Shown here: piece after piece, positions 47,984 through 56,680 of the stretch
Layout: each line of letters opens with the position of its first letter
How positions within the stretch are numbered: the stretch's first letter is position 1
Assembly (NCBI GenBank): GCA_041548485.1
Contig: JBFESP010000006.1
Location: forward strand, 19,895-83,894
Source: Thermoplasmata archaeon
GTDB lineage: Archaea > Thermoplasmatota > Thermoplasmata > UBA10834
Direction: 5' to 3'
Length of the DNA stretch: 64,000 nucleotides
The notes under the pieces: generated by a model
Seen by the model: the letters and a program-made list of their open reading frames with translations, nothing else
Database searches by the model: none
What the model was told of the DNA's origin: nothing
Position numbers and translations under genes: made by a program

Positions 47984-48859
47984 TCAATCGCCTCCGTACA
48001 TCTCATTAGGCCCAAGATACTCCGGGTGGTCTCCTCGAAGGATGGTACGTGCCACGTAACATAGGTGGCAATCATCCGCGAACCTGTCCATCGGCAGCCC
48101 GACCCCAAGCTTTCGCACCAGCGCCGCCGGACCCCCTTCGATCAGTGCAGAAACCACAGGATGTTTCGACGGGTCGTACTCTTCGATGATGTCCTTCAGA
48201 CTTCTAGAGGCCGTGTCTCCGATGACTATGCCCTGGCATACATGGACCAGGCCAATGGGGTCGATATGGACCCGCCCAGGCGCTCTCAAGTCCTCAGGAC
48301 AGGACCCGAGTTCAGAAACCTCACGGGTGCAGTGGTCCCCCGCGAGTTTGTCCGAGGCACGACCTCTGAAATACAGCCCGCCATCAGCCCCCGCGCCTGC
48401 ATCTGGTTTGCACACCTCGATCACTCCGACCGGGATTCCGAGTCTTTCGGCGGCCTCAACGACCTCACGCGCCCTTCTATCGTCCGGGGAGAATCGGTGA
48501 TACTCATCATCGCTGATGCTCAGGTCCGAAACGCCGAGCTCTGCCAACGGGGCAAGCCACAGCTCCGCGTCCGCAACCGAGGTACCCCAATAGCCGTTGG
48601 TGACGATTCCGACATCGAACCCCATCGAGCGGGCCGCTCTCACCCCTTCCAGGACTACAGGGTAGTAGAGGAATGGTTCGCCCCCCTCGAAGTAGATCGT
48701 CCTGACGCTCTCGATCTCGCTCGCCTGGGCTAGCAACCTGCGAATCATCTCGATCGTCATCGTCGCCTCAAACTGGGGGCTAGCCCACACGAAGCAGTGG
48801 TCGCACTCCCTGTCGCAACGATACGTCGTTAGCAGGTGTACGCCTTCCAAGCCCGACAT
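47984..48859 (-). CDS. Radical SAM enzyme, small, function unknown
   Basis: CxxxCxxC cluster (CDRECDHC) near the N-terminus at the internal ATG (MSGLEGV), and GGEP glycine-rich motif. 291 aa with no SPASM/twitch extension. The listed 5' extension overlaps the upstream gene and is unlikely. Confidence 0.75.
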   Translation of the reverse strand: MSGLEGVHLLTTYRCDRECDHCFVWASPQFEATMTIEMIRRLLAQASEIESVRTIYFEGGEPFLYYPVVLEGVRAARSMGFDVGIVTNGYWGTSVADAELWLAPLAELGVSDLSISDDEYHRFSPDDRRAREVVEAAERLGIPVGVIEVCKPDAGAGADGGLYFRGRASDKLAGDHCTREVSELGSCPEDLRAPGRVHIDPIGLVHVCQGIVIGDTASRSLKDIIEEYDPSKHPVVSALIEGGPAALVRKLGVGLPMDRFADDCHLCYVARTILRGDHPEYLGPNEMYGGD

Positions 48860-48941
48860 GATGACGAACCACCGTCGACTGAATACGCCATACGCTATGA
48901 GGCGGATATTGAAAGGGTTTGCCGCGTTCCTTCGAATCCGC

Positions 48942-50276
48942 TCACGCCTCGTCTCGCAGGTCCACACCCAGGTCTCGCATGCTCCGCTTGTACGAGCGGA
49001 TGATGGTCGAGTACTCCTTCGTGGGTCGGCGCTTCTCGGCGTCCCAGCACTCGTACAGAGACTTGCCGAGTGGCGGCTTGAGAAGCCTGTTCTCATATTT
49101 CCCGAGAAGCTTCTTCGCGAGCGTGTTGGCATCCTGTAGCTTCATGCCAGCGACGGCATGACCTACCTCCGCGGATATCCGCGGCTCGACCGGCGTCGTC
49201 CTATCCTCATACCTGTTGGACGCGATGCCCACGGATTCTATGGATAGCCCAGAGGTGACGGCCGCGGTGACCGATGCGGACGTCTCGAACAGAGCCATCG
49301 GTGTGCACGGGCCTGCCGAGGCGTAGTTCAGGTTGATGCTTAGCATATTGGAGTTGCGGGTGACTGCCTGACCGGTCGAGCTGATGACCCAGAGCAGTTC
49401 CCTGCAGCTGCTGGAGACGTACCTGAGGTGCAGTGGGAACGGCAGCAGCCAGCTCGCCTGGTATGTGAGTAGACCCATCATGTGATGGGCCACATTGGAG
49501 ACCGCCGTCCCCTCGGGACCGCCTGAGTACCCACCAAGGAGGGGGCCGAAGCACATGCCGATGGGACCTCCCATAGACAACGCGACCGCAGCTTTGTTCA
49601 GACGCGCGAAATCCACCTTCATGGGGTCCATGCAGCAGATCAAGTAGCCGTCCGACGGTCTCATGCCGTACCTCGGGTGCAGGGCCGCTGCGAAAGCGAT
49701 ATCCGACTCAGCCGTCGAGAGCGAGTTCATTATCGGTATGCCCTCGCGGCCTACGCGGTTGCAGGCCTCCCTTGCAAGGACTGCGTTTCTCATCGCTCCG
49801 AGTACTTCCAGCGGAGAAGCGGGCCTGATCCTCATTCCTCCGACACGCGTGAGAGCTGGCGTCGTGATCGCGTTCGTCTCTGGAATCTCCGCGTAGCCCT
49901 CAACGAGGGTCATGAACGACCTGTCACTCGACGCGGAACCACCGCCCGCACCTAGAAAGCACCATGGGGGGGTCTTGTCGCCAACCTTCCTCGATCTGAA
50001 GGTCTTCCTGTCGCGTCCCTCCCCGAGCTCGAGCGCGTCTGGGGCGGTCCTGATGGCCTCCCTTACCTCCTGGTCGGTGTACGATATGACTCGGGCGCTG
50101 CTTGTGCAGTAAGCACCGACATCGACGAGCAGCTCGACCGCCGCCTTGAAGATGTCGTCCACCAGGGAGCCGTCGTTCGGGATGGGGTTCTTCGGGTCGT
50201 ACTTGATGTCGTACTTCTTGACGACCTCCTGGACCTTCGGGGCGAAGCTGCGAAGCTGGTAGTCAGTCTCGCTCAT
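48942..50276 (-). CDS. MtmB-family (monomethylamine methyltransferase-like) protein lacking pyrrolysine
   Basis: Full-length collinearity with MtmB (for example KVGDKTPP, LGGYSGGPEGTAVSNVAHHMMGLLTYQASW, YASAGPCTPMALFETSASVTAAVTSG). Continuous ORF with no in-frame UAG. The region aligning to the Pyl loop reads GREGIPIMNSLS and is 2-3 residues shorter. Start at the internal ATG (MSETDYQ) with a GAAGGAAA RBS. Confidence 0.75.
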   Translation of the reverse strand: MSETDYQLRSFAPKVQEVVKKYDIKYDPKNPIPNDGSLVDDIFKAAVELLVDVGAYCTSSARVISYTDQEVREAIRTAPDALELGEGRDRKTFRSRKVGDKTPPWCFLGAGGGSASSDRSFMTLVEGYAEIPETNAITTPALTRVGGMRIRPASPLEVLGAMRNAVLAREACNRVGREGIPIMNSLSTAESDIAFAAALHPRYGMRPSDGYLICCMDPMKVDFARLNKAAVALSMGGPIGMCFGPLLGGYSGGPEGTAVSNVAHHMMGLLTYQASWLLPFPLHLRYVSSSCRELLWVISSTGQAVTRNSNMLSINLNYASAGPCTPMALFETSASVTAAVTSGLSIESVGIASNRYEDRTTPVEPRISAEVGHAVAGMKLQDANTLAKKLLGKYENRLLKPPLGKSLYECWDAEKRRPTKEYSTIIRSYKRSMRDLGVDLRDEA

Positions 50277-50328
50277 CGGTTTTCCTTCGAGAGCCCGCCC
50301 CATCACGTCGAGGAACTGGACCAAGACG

Positions 50329-51003
50329 TCACTTCCCCTTGGCCAACTTGTTCGCCAGCTTGATCGTCGTGGCTGCGTCCTCTCCCCAGCCATCGGCCCC
50401 GATCTCGTCGGACCACTCGCCGGTCGTCGGACCGCCTCCGACCATCACTGCGAACTTCTTCCTTTCCTTCAGCGAGACCAGATAGTCCACGATGTCCTTC
50501 TGCGACCCTATGGTGCTGGACATCAACGCAGAGGCACCGATTATCTTCGCGTTGGAGCGCTTGGCCTCCTCCACGAATGTCGTCGTCTTGACATCGACAC
50601 CCAGGTCGATGACGTTGAAGCCGTTCGCCAATAGCATGTTGGATACGATGTTCTTGCCGATCTCGTGCACATCTCCCTGGACCGTCCCAATCGCCACGGT
50701 GGCCTTGGAGACCATCTCGCCCTTCGGGACCAGAGGCAGGAGCAGGGCCATCGCCGTCTTCATCGCGTCGGCGGCAAGCATCAACTCGGGGAGGTATATC
50801 TCCATCTTCTCGAACTTGTCTCCCACCTTCTCGATCGCAGGCACCAATCCCTTCTCAATCGCCTTCAGCGGGTCAACCTTCGCCCTTATCGCATCCTTCG
50901 CTGACTTCTCGGCAGCCGAAGAATCGAAGGACAGGATGGCGTCGCCGAGCGACTTGAACATCTTCTTCTCATCCATGGGGTTCCTTCCTAGCAGCGCGGA
51001 CAC
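50329..51003 (-). CDS. Cobalamin-binding corrinoid protein (MtmC/MtbC/MttC-like)
   Basis: B12-binding N-terminal cap plus Rossmann domain with DxHxxG (GDVHEIGKN). 224 aa. Confidence 0.9.
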   Translation of the reverse strand: MSALLGRNPMDEKKMFKSLGDAILSFDSSAAEKSAKDAIRAKVDPLKAIEKGLVPAIEKVGDKFEKMEIYLPELMLAADAMKTAMALLLPLVPKGEMVSKATVAIGTVQGDVHEIGKNIVSNMLLANGFNVIDLGVDVKTTTFVEEAKRSNAKIIGASALMSSTIGSQKDIVDYLVSLKERKKFAVMVGGGPTTGEWSDEIGADGWGEDAATTIKLANKLAKGK

Positions 51004-51129
51004 AGGGGCCGCGCTGGCTGGGAATGAAGCACTGACGATTTAAAGGGTTCTCTCGGAGGATATCATGACCTATGACCGGGTCGCCACTGGAACGGGCGAC
51101 AGACGGCGGGGATAGGGCCGTTGGAGCCG

Positions 51130-52572
51130 TCAGAACTCGTCTATTACCTTCTTGAGTGCTGACAGTCTGGCACCATCGAGTTTCTCCGGCTGGTGCTCGG
51201 ACAGCATCTTCTGAGCCTTCTCCTCTGCGACATCCATCAGGTCTCTCTTGCCGCTTTCCTCCCACGATTCGTACGAGGACATGTCCCACAATGTCGACAT
51301 GTAGAAGTCCTTCACATGCTTCACCGTGTGCATCTCGCCCAGATAGTTCCTGCCGATGCCGACCTTCTTTATCAGATCCAGCGAGACAGACTCGTCGTTG
51401 ACCTCGATGTCTCTGTTGGAGTTCAGCACGAGAGCCACAATCTCGTTGTCTATGACCATCTGAGCGAAGGAGAGCAGGGTCGAGCCGTCCGCAAGGCCTA
51501 TACCGTTCATTATCTCACAGCCGACAGCGGCCAGCGGCGGAGAGAGGACGGCGTTCTCGACGGACTGTCTCAGTCCTGGAGTCCTCGCACTGCCCCCCAT
51601 TCCGCCAGCGGAACATGGCACGTCCAGATACTTCGCCATCTCCACATTGCCGATGCTCAGCATTATCGTCTCCGGGGCGCCCGAGTTGTAGGCGCCCGTC
51701 TTGGGGTCCATGCTAGACTGAACTGAGCCGTACAGGAACGGCGCACCAGGCTCGTGCGCCTGCATGGCACAGGCAAGGGCCATGGTCTCAGCATGGTTGA
51801 CGACGAGGCTGCCGGCCACCGTGGCGGGGCCGCTCAGGCCCATGCTCGCCATGCCGGTTATGTGCACAGGAACGTGGTTCTCGGCCCAGACCATCGCAGC
51901 GTCGGTCGCTCCGCCGTCAAGGACGAGCGGGGATATCGTGCACACCATCGCGGAGATATAGTGACGTTTCCTGAGCTCCTCCTCGGATCCGACGACGGCC
52001 GCCGCCATCTTGACCTGAGCCCGAGCCTCCTCGGGGGTCGTCGTGGACTCGGTCTCGATATGCTTGGTCGTGTTCTCCATGCCAACCTTCAACCCCTCGA
52101 GGACGTGTGTCTTCGAGGAGATGTCATGCGCCACCACCATCGGCTCGAATATGCTCAGGTACGGCAGCGCGTCGCCCAGAACGGCCGTCTTTCGGATGTC
52201 CTCGAGGACGGATTGACGACGGCTCTTGGTCCTAGGGTCCCACACGGCGATGCCACAGCCGTCGGTGGTGTAGTAGTGATGACGGCGGTCCAGAGGCAGG
52301 TCGTAGTCCTTCGTCCGTCCAGCGAGAACGATGCTAGACGGCGCCTTGGACATCAGTGAGTTGACGAGATCAGGGGAGAACTTCACGACGTTCGTCTTGT
52401 CGTCAACGGCTGCCCCCGCACGTTTCAACGAGTCTCGCGCAACCGGACTCATCACCCTGATTCCAGTGTTCTCAAGAATATCCAGCGCGGAATCATGTAT
52501 CTTCTTCCTATCCGAGTCCTTCATGAAGGACCTTGGCTCTCTCACCTTGAATCTGTCTGCAAACATTGACAT
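51130..52572 (-). CDS. MttB-superfamily (trimethylamine methyltransferase-like, COG5598) methyltransferase, non-pyrrolysine
   Basis: 480 aa. N-terminal pattern typical of the MttB family (KIHDSALDILENTGIRV...LKRAGAAVD...VKFSPDLVNSLMSKAPSSI) and TIM-barrel-length body. No in-frame UAG. AGGAGG RBS. Confidence 0.85.
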   Translation of the reverse strand: MSMFADRFKVREPRSFMKDSDRKKIHDSALDILENTGIRVMSPVARDSLKRAGAAVDDKTNVVKFSPDLVNSLMSKAPSSIVLAGRTKDYDLPLDRRHHYYTTDGCGIAVWDPRTKSRRQSVLEDIRKTAVLGDALPYLSIFEPMVVAHDISSKTHVLEGLKVGMENTTKHIETESTTTPEEARAQVKMAAAVVGSEEELRKRHYISAMVCTISPLVLDGGATDAAMVWAENHVPVHITGMASMGLSGPATVAGSLVVNHAETMALACAMQAHEPGAPFLYGSVQSSMDPKTGAYNSGAPETIMLSIGNVEMAKYLDVPCSAGGMGGSARTPGLRQSVENAVLSPPLAAVGCEIMNGIGLADGSTLLSFAQMVIDNEIVALVLNSNRDIEVNDESVSLDLIKKVGIGRNYLGEMHTVKHVKDFYMSTLWDMSSYESWEESGKRDLMDVAEEKAQKMLSEHQPEKLDGARLSALKKVIDEF

Positions 52573-52709
52573 CCCGATACCTCCTGCTGTAGGAAGCCCA
52601 GGCCCCGGAGGCCGGCTTCAATAGAAAAGGGTTTTCAGATAGCTTCATGACCGTGGAGCGGTGCAACGGCGAAGGATTAAGTAGTTGCCGCATGGCCCAT
52701 TGCACACGT

Positions 52710-54143
52710 TCAAACGCCGACCATCTTCTCGTAGTCTGCGATGATCCCGTCACCCTTGCGCTTCATGTCACCGTCCAACGAAGGGACCTCATGCTCCCGG
52801 AGTATCCTCTTGGCGATCTCCTTCGCCTCGGGGACCATGGCATCGGAGTATGTCCTCTCCCAGTCCTTCTTCGCCTCATCGAAGAAGAACAGCTCCTTCT
52901 TGAAGTTGCGGGCTGTGTGGACATGGCTGAGGAAGGTGTTGCCGTGGCCCACCTGCTTCACGACATCCAAAGCGATCGTCTCGTCGGAGATCTCGAACCG
53001 CCTCATGAAACCACGGACATGCTCCCAGATGCGTGATTCGATGACTGCCTGCTCGTATGACACGCCCTTGACGGCGTCAATCCCGCCGATACCGGAGATG
53101 AGATCGGAGTTGCCCATGGAGCTCAAAGCCACGCCCATGACCTCCGAGAACGATTGTGGGATGCCCGGCGTTTCCTTGTCGTTTATACCCCACTCGCCCA
53201 CCATCGACGGCAGACCGTATCTTCTCGCCATCTGACCGAGCCCAGCGGCGATGATGCAGTGCTCCGGAACCATGTAGTTGATTACTCCTGTCTTCATGCT
53301 GATCGGGGCCGATGATGAGCAGTATATGTGCGGGGAACCAGGAGCGGCGAACTGGGTGATCACCAGGCTTGCCAGGTTCTCAGTGTTCGCGTTCGATATC
53401 GTCCCCGCCATGGTGACGGGACTTGACCCCCCCGGGAGGGACATAGACATCGACATTATCGGTATGCCCGCCCTCACCAGCTCGACCATCCCTTCGACGG
53501 CTCCACCCTCGTACGAGAGGGGAGCGATCGAGCAACAGATCACGGAGAACAACGGCCGCTTCCTCAGCTCCTCCTCGCTCCCTGCGATGAGGGCTCCGAG
53601 CTCCACCTGCTTGCGCGAATCGGCAGCGCCCATCACGGAAACGCCGTTCACGTGCTTCGTCGTGTTCTGCATGGCCGTCCAGAGCTCATGAAGACCGTGT
53701 GAGATCTGAGGCACCTCGTTCGCCGTGATGGACGTCCACAGGAAATCGACCCCATCGAGCCCATCGCCTAGACGAATGAAATCGGCTATGTCCTTCCTAG
53801 TCGACGGCTTCTTCTCGCCCGTCTCCATATCCCTGATGTACACTCCCAGGCCGGAGGTGGCCACGAACGGAGGGCCGGATACCGGGATCTCCATATCGTG
53901 CTTCGGATCCCTGGCACAAAGACGTATGCTCCTGGGTGCCTTCATCAGAGCCTCATTGACCATTTCCTCAGGTATCTTCGCGATCATCTTCGTGAAATCA
54001 ACTTCCGCACCGGAATCGCTGAGCATCTTCAGCGTCACGTCGCTGCGTATGAGCATGCCTATCTCCTGTAGGCTCTTCAGGCTGGATTCGTGTATCAGAT
54101 CCTGCTCATCCCCGGACAGAAAAACAAGTCTCGCTACCGCCAT
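52710..54143 (-). CDS. MttB-superfamily methyltransferase paralog, non-pyrrolysine
   Basis: 477 aa from the internal ATG (MAVARLVFLSGDEQDLIHESSLKSLQEIGMLI...). Same family as the adjacent gene but divergent. TATA CCCATATTATAGGGG lies about 60-75 nt upstream. Confidence 0.85.
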   Translation of the reverse strand: MAVARLVFLSGDEQDLIHESSLKSLQEIGMLIRSDVTLKMLSDSGAEVDFTKMIAKIPEEMVNEALMKAPRSIRLCARDPKHDMEIPVSGPPFVATSGLGVYIRDMETGEKKPSTRKDIADFIRLGDGLDGVDFLWTSITANEVPQISHGLHELWTAMQNTTKHVNGVSVMGAADSRKQVELGALIAGSEEELRKRPLFSVICCSIAPLSYEGGAVEGMVELVRAGIPIMSMSMSLPGGSSPVTMAGTISNANTENLASLVITQFAAPGSPHIYCSSSAPISMKTGVINYMVPEHCIIAAGLGQMARRYGLPSMVGEWGINDKETPGIPQSFSEVMGVALSSMGNSDLISGIGGIDAVKGVSYEQAVIESRIWEHVRGFMRRFEISDETIALDVVKQVGHGNTFLSHVHTARNFKKELFFFDEAKKDWERTYSDAMVPEAKEIAKRILREHEVPSLDGDMKRKGDGIIADYEKMVGV

Positions 54144-54202
54144 GTTACTGCACTCCCCATCGATGCCCCGTTCGTCAACGGGCGTGTCCGCAATCCTCAA
54201 CC

Positions 54203-54214
54203 CCTATAATATGG
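54203..54214 (-). promoter_or_regulatory. TATA box for MttB-cluster transcript
   Basis: CCATATTATAGG on the minus strand, directly abutting the upstream TTG codon. This favours the internal ATG at 54143 as the start. Confidence 0.4.
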
Positions 54215-54272
54215 GTTTGCGTGGTCCGGGGTGATGTGTTTAAGACCTTTTCCCAAATGTGAGAATTCAGAT

Positions 54273-55202
54273 TCAAGCGAGGGGCTTCGTGTCTGGCGTG
54301 GGGGCCTTCTCCTGCAGCCCCTTCATCAGGACGATGTATAGGCCGCCGATGACCAGGATTGAACCGACCACTATCCATCTACCGGGCATCTCGTCAGGAA
54401 GGAGGAAGTACGCCAGCACCGAAGCGCCAATCGGCTCGGCAAGAAGGGATGTCGAGACGATGTGCGCAGGGAGCGTTTTGAGGGCGAAGTTGAACATCGT
54501 GTGGCCGAAGATGGTCGGAACGACCGCCAGTAGGACGAACAGCGAGAGCTCGCGATGCGACGACACTGCGATGACATCGCCCACGATGACGGCTCCGACG
54601 AACAGCATGGCTGCGCATATCAGATAGACCGTGAAGACATACGTTCCCAGTGACACCTTCTGCCTCGCCCGCCTCCCGGAGAGGAGGTAGATGCCCGCAC
54701 AAATACCGCCGAGGAATGCCAGCGTGTTCCCCGTCATGTTGGTCCCCCCCAGCTGTAAGTCTGCCACCGAGATGACACACACGCCAAGAAACGCGACGAC
54801 TATGCCTATCGCCGCTATACGACGCACACGCTCACCGAGCACGAAATGCGACACGCCCGCCACGAACATAGGGTGGGCCGTCACAAGCACGACGGATGTC
54901 GCCACCAGCGTGAGGCTGAGGGACGCAATCCAGAGGCCGAAATGAAACGCCAACGCGGTGGCGCTGACGAAGATGAGGACCCACTCGCGCAGCGGGAGGG
55001 AGCGGAGTTCGGTGAGTCCACGGCTCCTTGCGACGAACGGAAGGAGCATGGCGCACGTGAAGAAGAGTCTGTAGAACGTGATCACGAAAGGCGTCGACTC
55101 ACACCACTTGATCAGTATCGGTGCGAACGAGATCGATACCATCGCGACGACTACCGCGGTGTAGGCTCTGGATACCTCGCTGCCAGCCACTATACGCGTC
55201 AC
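54273..55202 (-). CDS. EamA/DMT-family transporter
   Basis: 309 aa. Ten TM helices and duplicated EamA domains. Immediately upstream of and co-oriented with the methyltransferase genes. Confidence 0.75.
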   Translation of the reverse strand: MTRIVAGSEVSRAYTAVVVAMVSISFAPILIKWCESTPFVITFYRLFFTCAMLLPFVARSRGLTELRSLPLREWVLIFVSATALAFHFGLWIASLSLTLVATSVVLVTAHPMFVAGVSHFVLGERVRRIAAIGIVVAFLGVCVISVADLQLGGTNMTGNTLAFLGGICAGIYLLSGRRARQKVSLGTYVFTVYLICAAMLFVGAVIVGDVIAVSSHRELSLFVLLAVVPTIFGHTMFNFALKTLPAHIVSTSLLAEPIGASVLAYFLLPDEMPGRWIVVGSILVIGGLYIVLMKGLQEKAPTPDTKPLA

Positions 55203-55242
55203 ACTCCCCCGAACGAGCCTGCCGCAGTCTGCGCGACGAATA

Positions 55243-55743
55243 TCAGTAGATCGTGACGCCTCTGACGCCCCTCGCCTGGCGGATCAGAGGGATGATCTCA
55301 GAAGGCACCATGCTGTCGGTGACGATGAACAGCTTGGGTTCCTCGGAGGTCATGGGGTCGTCCACTATAGCCTGCCGGATCGATATGTTCGACCGCATCA
55401 GAATCTCCGCCACGCCTGAGATGATGCCAGGCTCGTGGGCATTCACCGGGACGATCTCGATGGCGCTCCACCCCATCGCCGAGGCCGCGTTCTTCAGGTG
55501 GTTCGTGGGCAGAAGCTGCGAGAAGAACTTCTGCAGCGTCGAATCGCCCTTTATCGTCTCAACCGTAGACTTCACCACTCTCCGGTCAACGCCCGCTGCT
55601 CTCGCAAGTGCTGAATCTGCTATCTGTACGTCGCCGCAATAGACACGGTCCCCGTGTATGCGGAGGCCGTACTTCAGCAGATACCGGGCGACCTTCGCCT
55701 GGGACGGGTACTTCTCGAAGTAATTGGCTATTCTATCCCACAT
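55243..55743 (-). CDS. ACT-domain regulatory protein (COG2150-like predicted regulator of amino-acid metabolism)
   Basis: 166 aa. N-terminal HTH-like region and C-terminal ACT-like fold. Divergently arranged with the aro operon. Confidence 0.5.
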   Translation of the reverse strand: MWDRIANYFEKYPSQAKVARYLLKYGLRIHGDRVYCGDVQIADSALARAAGVDRRVVKSTVETIKGDSTLQKFFSQLLPTNHLKNAASAMGWSAIEIVPVNAHEPGIISGVAEILMRSNISIRQAIVDDPMTSEEPKLFIVTDSMVPSEIIPLIRQARGVRGVTIY

Positions 55744-55894
55744 ACCAATCGATGACGATATGTGTACAGTAATAGATTAATATTGCCTTACAGTGTACGA
55801 CTTCGCGCTGCCATTGAATAGCAAGGGCCATATAGGTCCTGCACGATTGCCACGGCATTGACACAGATTAGCACGGTGTGAATTTGGTGATGGA

Positions 55895-56680
55895 ATGGTT
55901 GGAAAGACGATCAGGCTGAGACGCATCTTCGACCAGAAGAGCGGGAATACCGTGATCGTGCCGATGGATCACGGCATCTCCCTCGGTCCGGTCAAGGGTT
56001 TGGCGGACATTAGGAGCACGGTCGACAGACTCGCAGAAGGCCGAGCCTCTGCGGTAGTGGTCCACAAAGGCCTGGTCCCATATATCGGCACTGCCGTAGG
56101 AGCTCCGCTGGGACTAATCGTCCACATATCCGCCAGCACATCGATGTCCCCCGACCCCAACGCGAAGGTGTTGGTGGCAAGCGTCGACGCGGCGGCCGCG
56201 CTCGGGGCGGACGCGGTCTCGATCCACTGCAACATCGGAAGTGACACCGAGAACGTAATGGTTTCCGATTTCGGGATGGTCTCGGACAGATGCGGCGAAC
56301 TGGGCATGCCACTCTTGGCGATGTGCTACCCCAGGGGCAAGAACGTCAAGGACCAGTTCGATGTGGACGCTGTCAAGCATGTCGCGAGATTGTCCGCCGA
56401 GCTCGGCGCCGACGTGGTGAAGACGAACTACACGGGTTCGATCGACACCTTCAAGGAGGTCGCCAACGGAACGCCAGTGCCGGTGGTCATCGCCGGCGGC
56501 CCGAAGATGGATTCCGACATGGACCTCCTCAAGATGGTGAGCGACGCCATGACAGCCGGCGCCCGTGGCGTCTCCATCGGCCGGAACGTCTTCCAGCACG
56601 ACGACGTGGCCATGATCACGAGAGCCATCGGAAAGGTTGTTTTCGAGGGGGCAGCCCCCGAGGATGCTTATAGGCGGTGA
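55895..56680 (+). CDS. aroA': 2-amino-3,7-dideoxy-D-threo-hept-6-ulosonate (ADH) synthase (AroA', DhnA-type aldolase)
   Basis: Class I aldolase fold with Schiff-base Lys region (ADVVKTNY). Family of MJ0400. First gene of the aro operon. Confidence 0.8.
   Translation: MVGKTIRLRRIFDQKSGNTVIVPMDHGISLGPVKGLADIRSTVDRLAEGRASAVVVHKGLVPYIGTAVGAPLGLIVHISASTSMSPDPNAKVLVASVDAAAALGADAVSIHCNIGSDTENVMVSDFGMVSDRCGELGMPLLAMCYPRGKNVKDQFDVDAVKHVARLSAELGADVVKTNYTGSIDTFKEVANGTPVPVVIAGGPKMDSDMDLLKMVSDAMTAGARGVSIGRNVFQHDDVAMITRAIGKVVFEGAAPEDAYRR

Noticed and set aside
48942-54200. Possibility that the methyltransferase genes are standard pyrrolysine-containing mtmB/mttB genes
   Set aside because: All three reading frames are continuous with no in-frame TAG. 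A Pyl-encoding gene would appear as two adjacent same-frame ORFs split by a single TAG, and none are seen.
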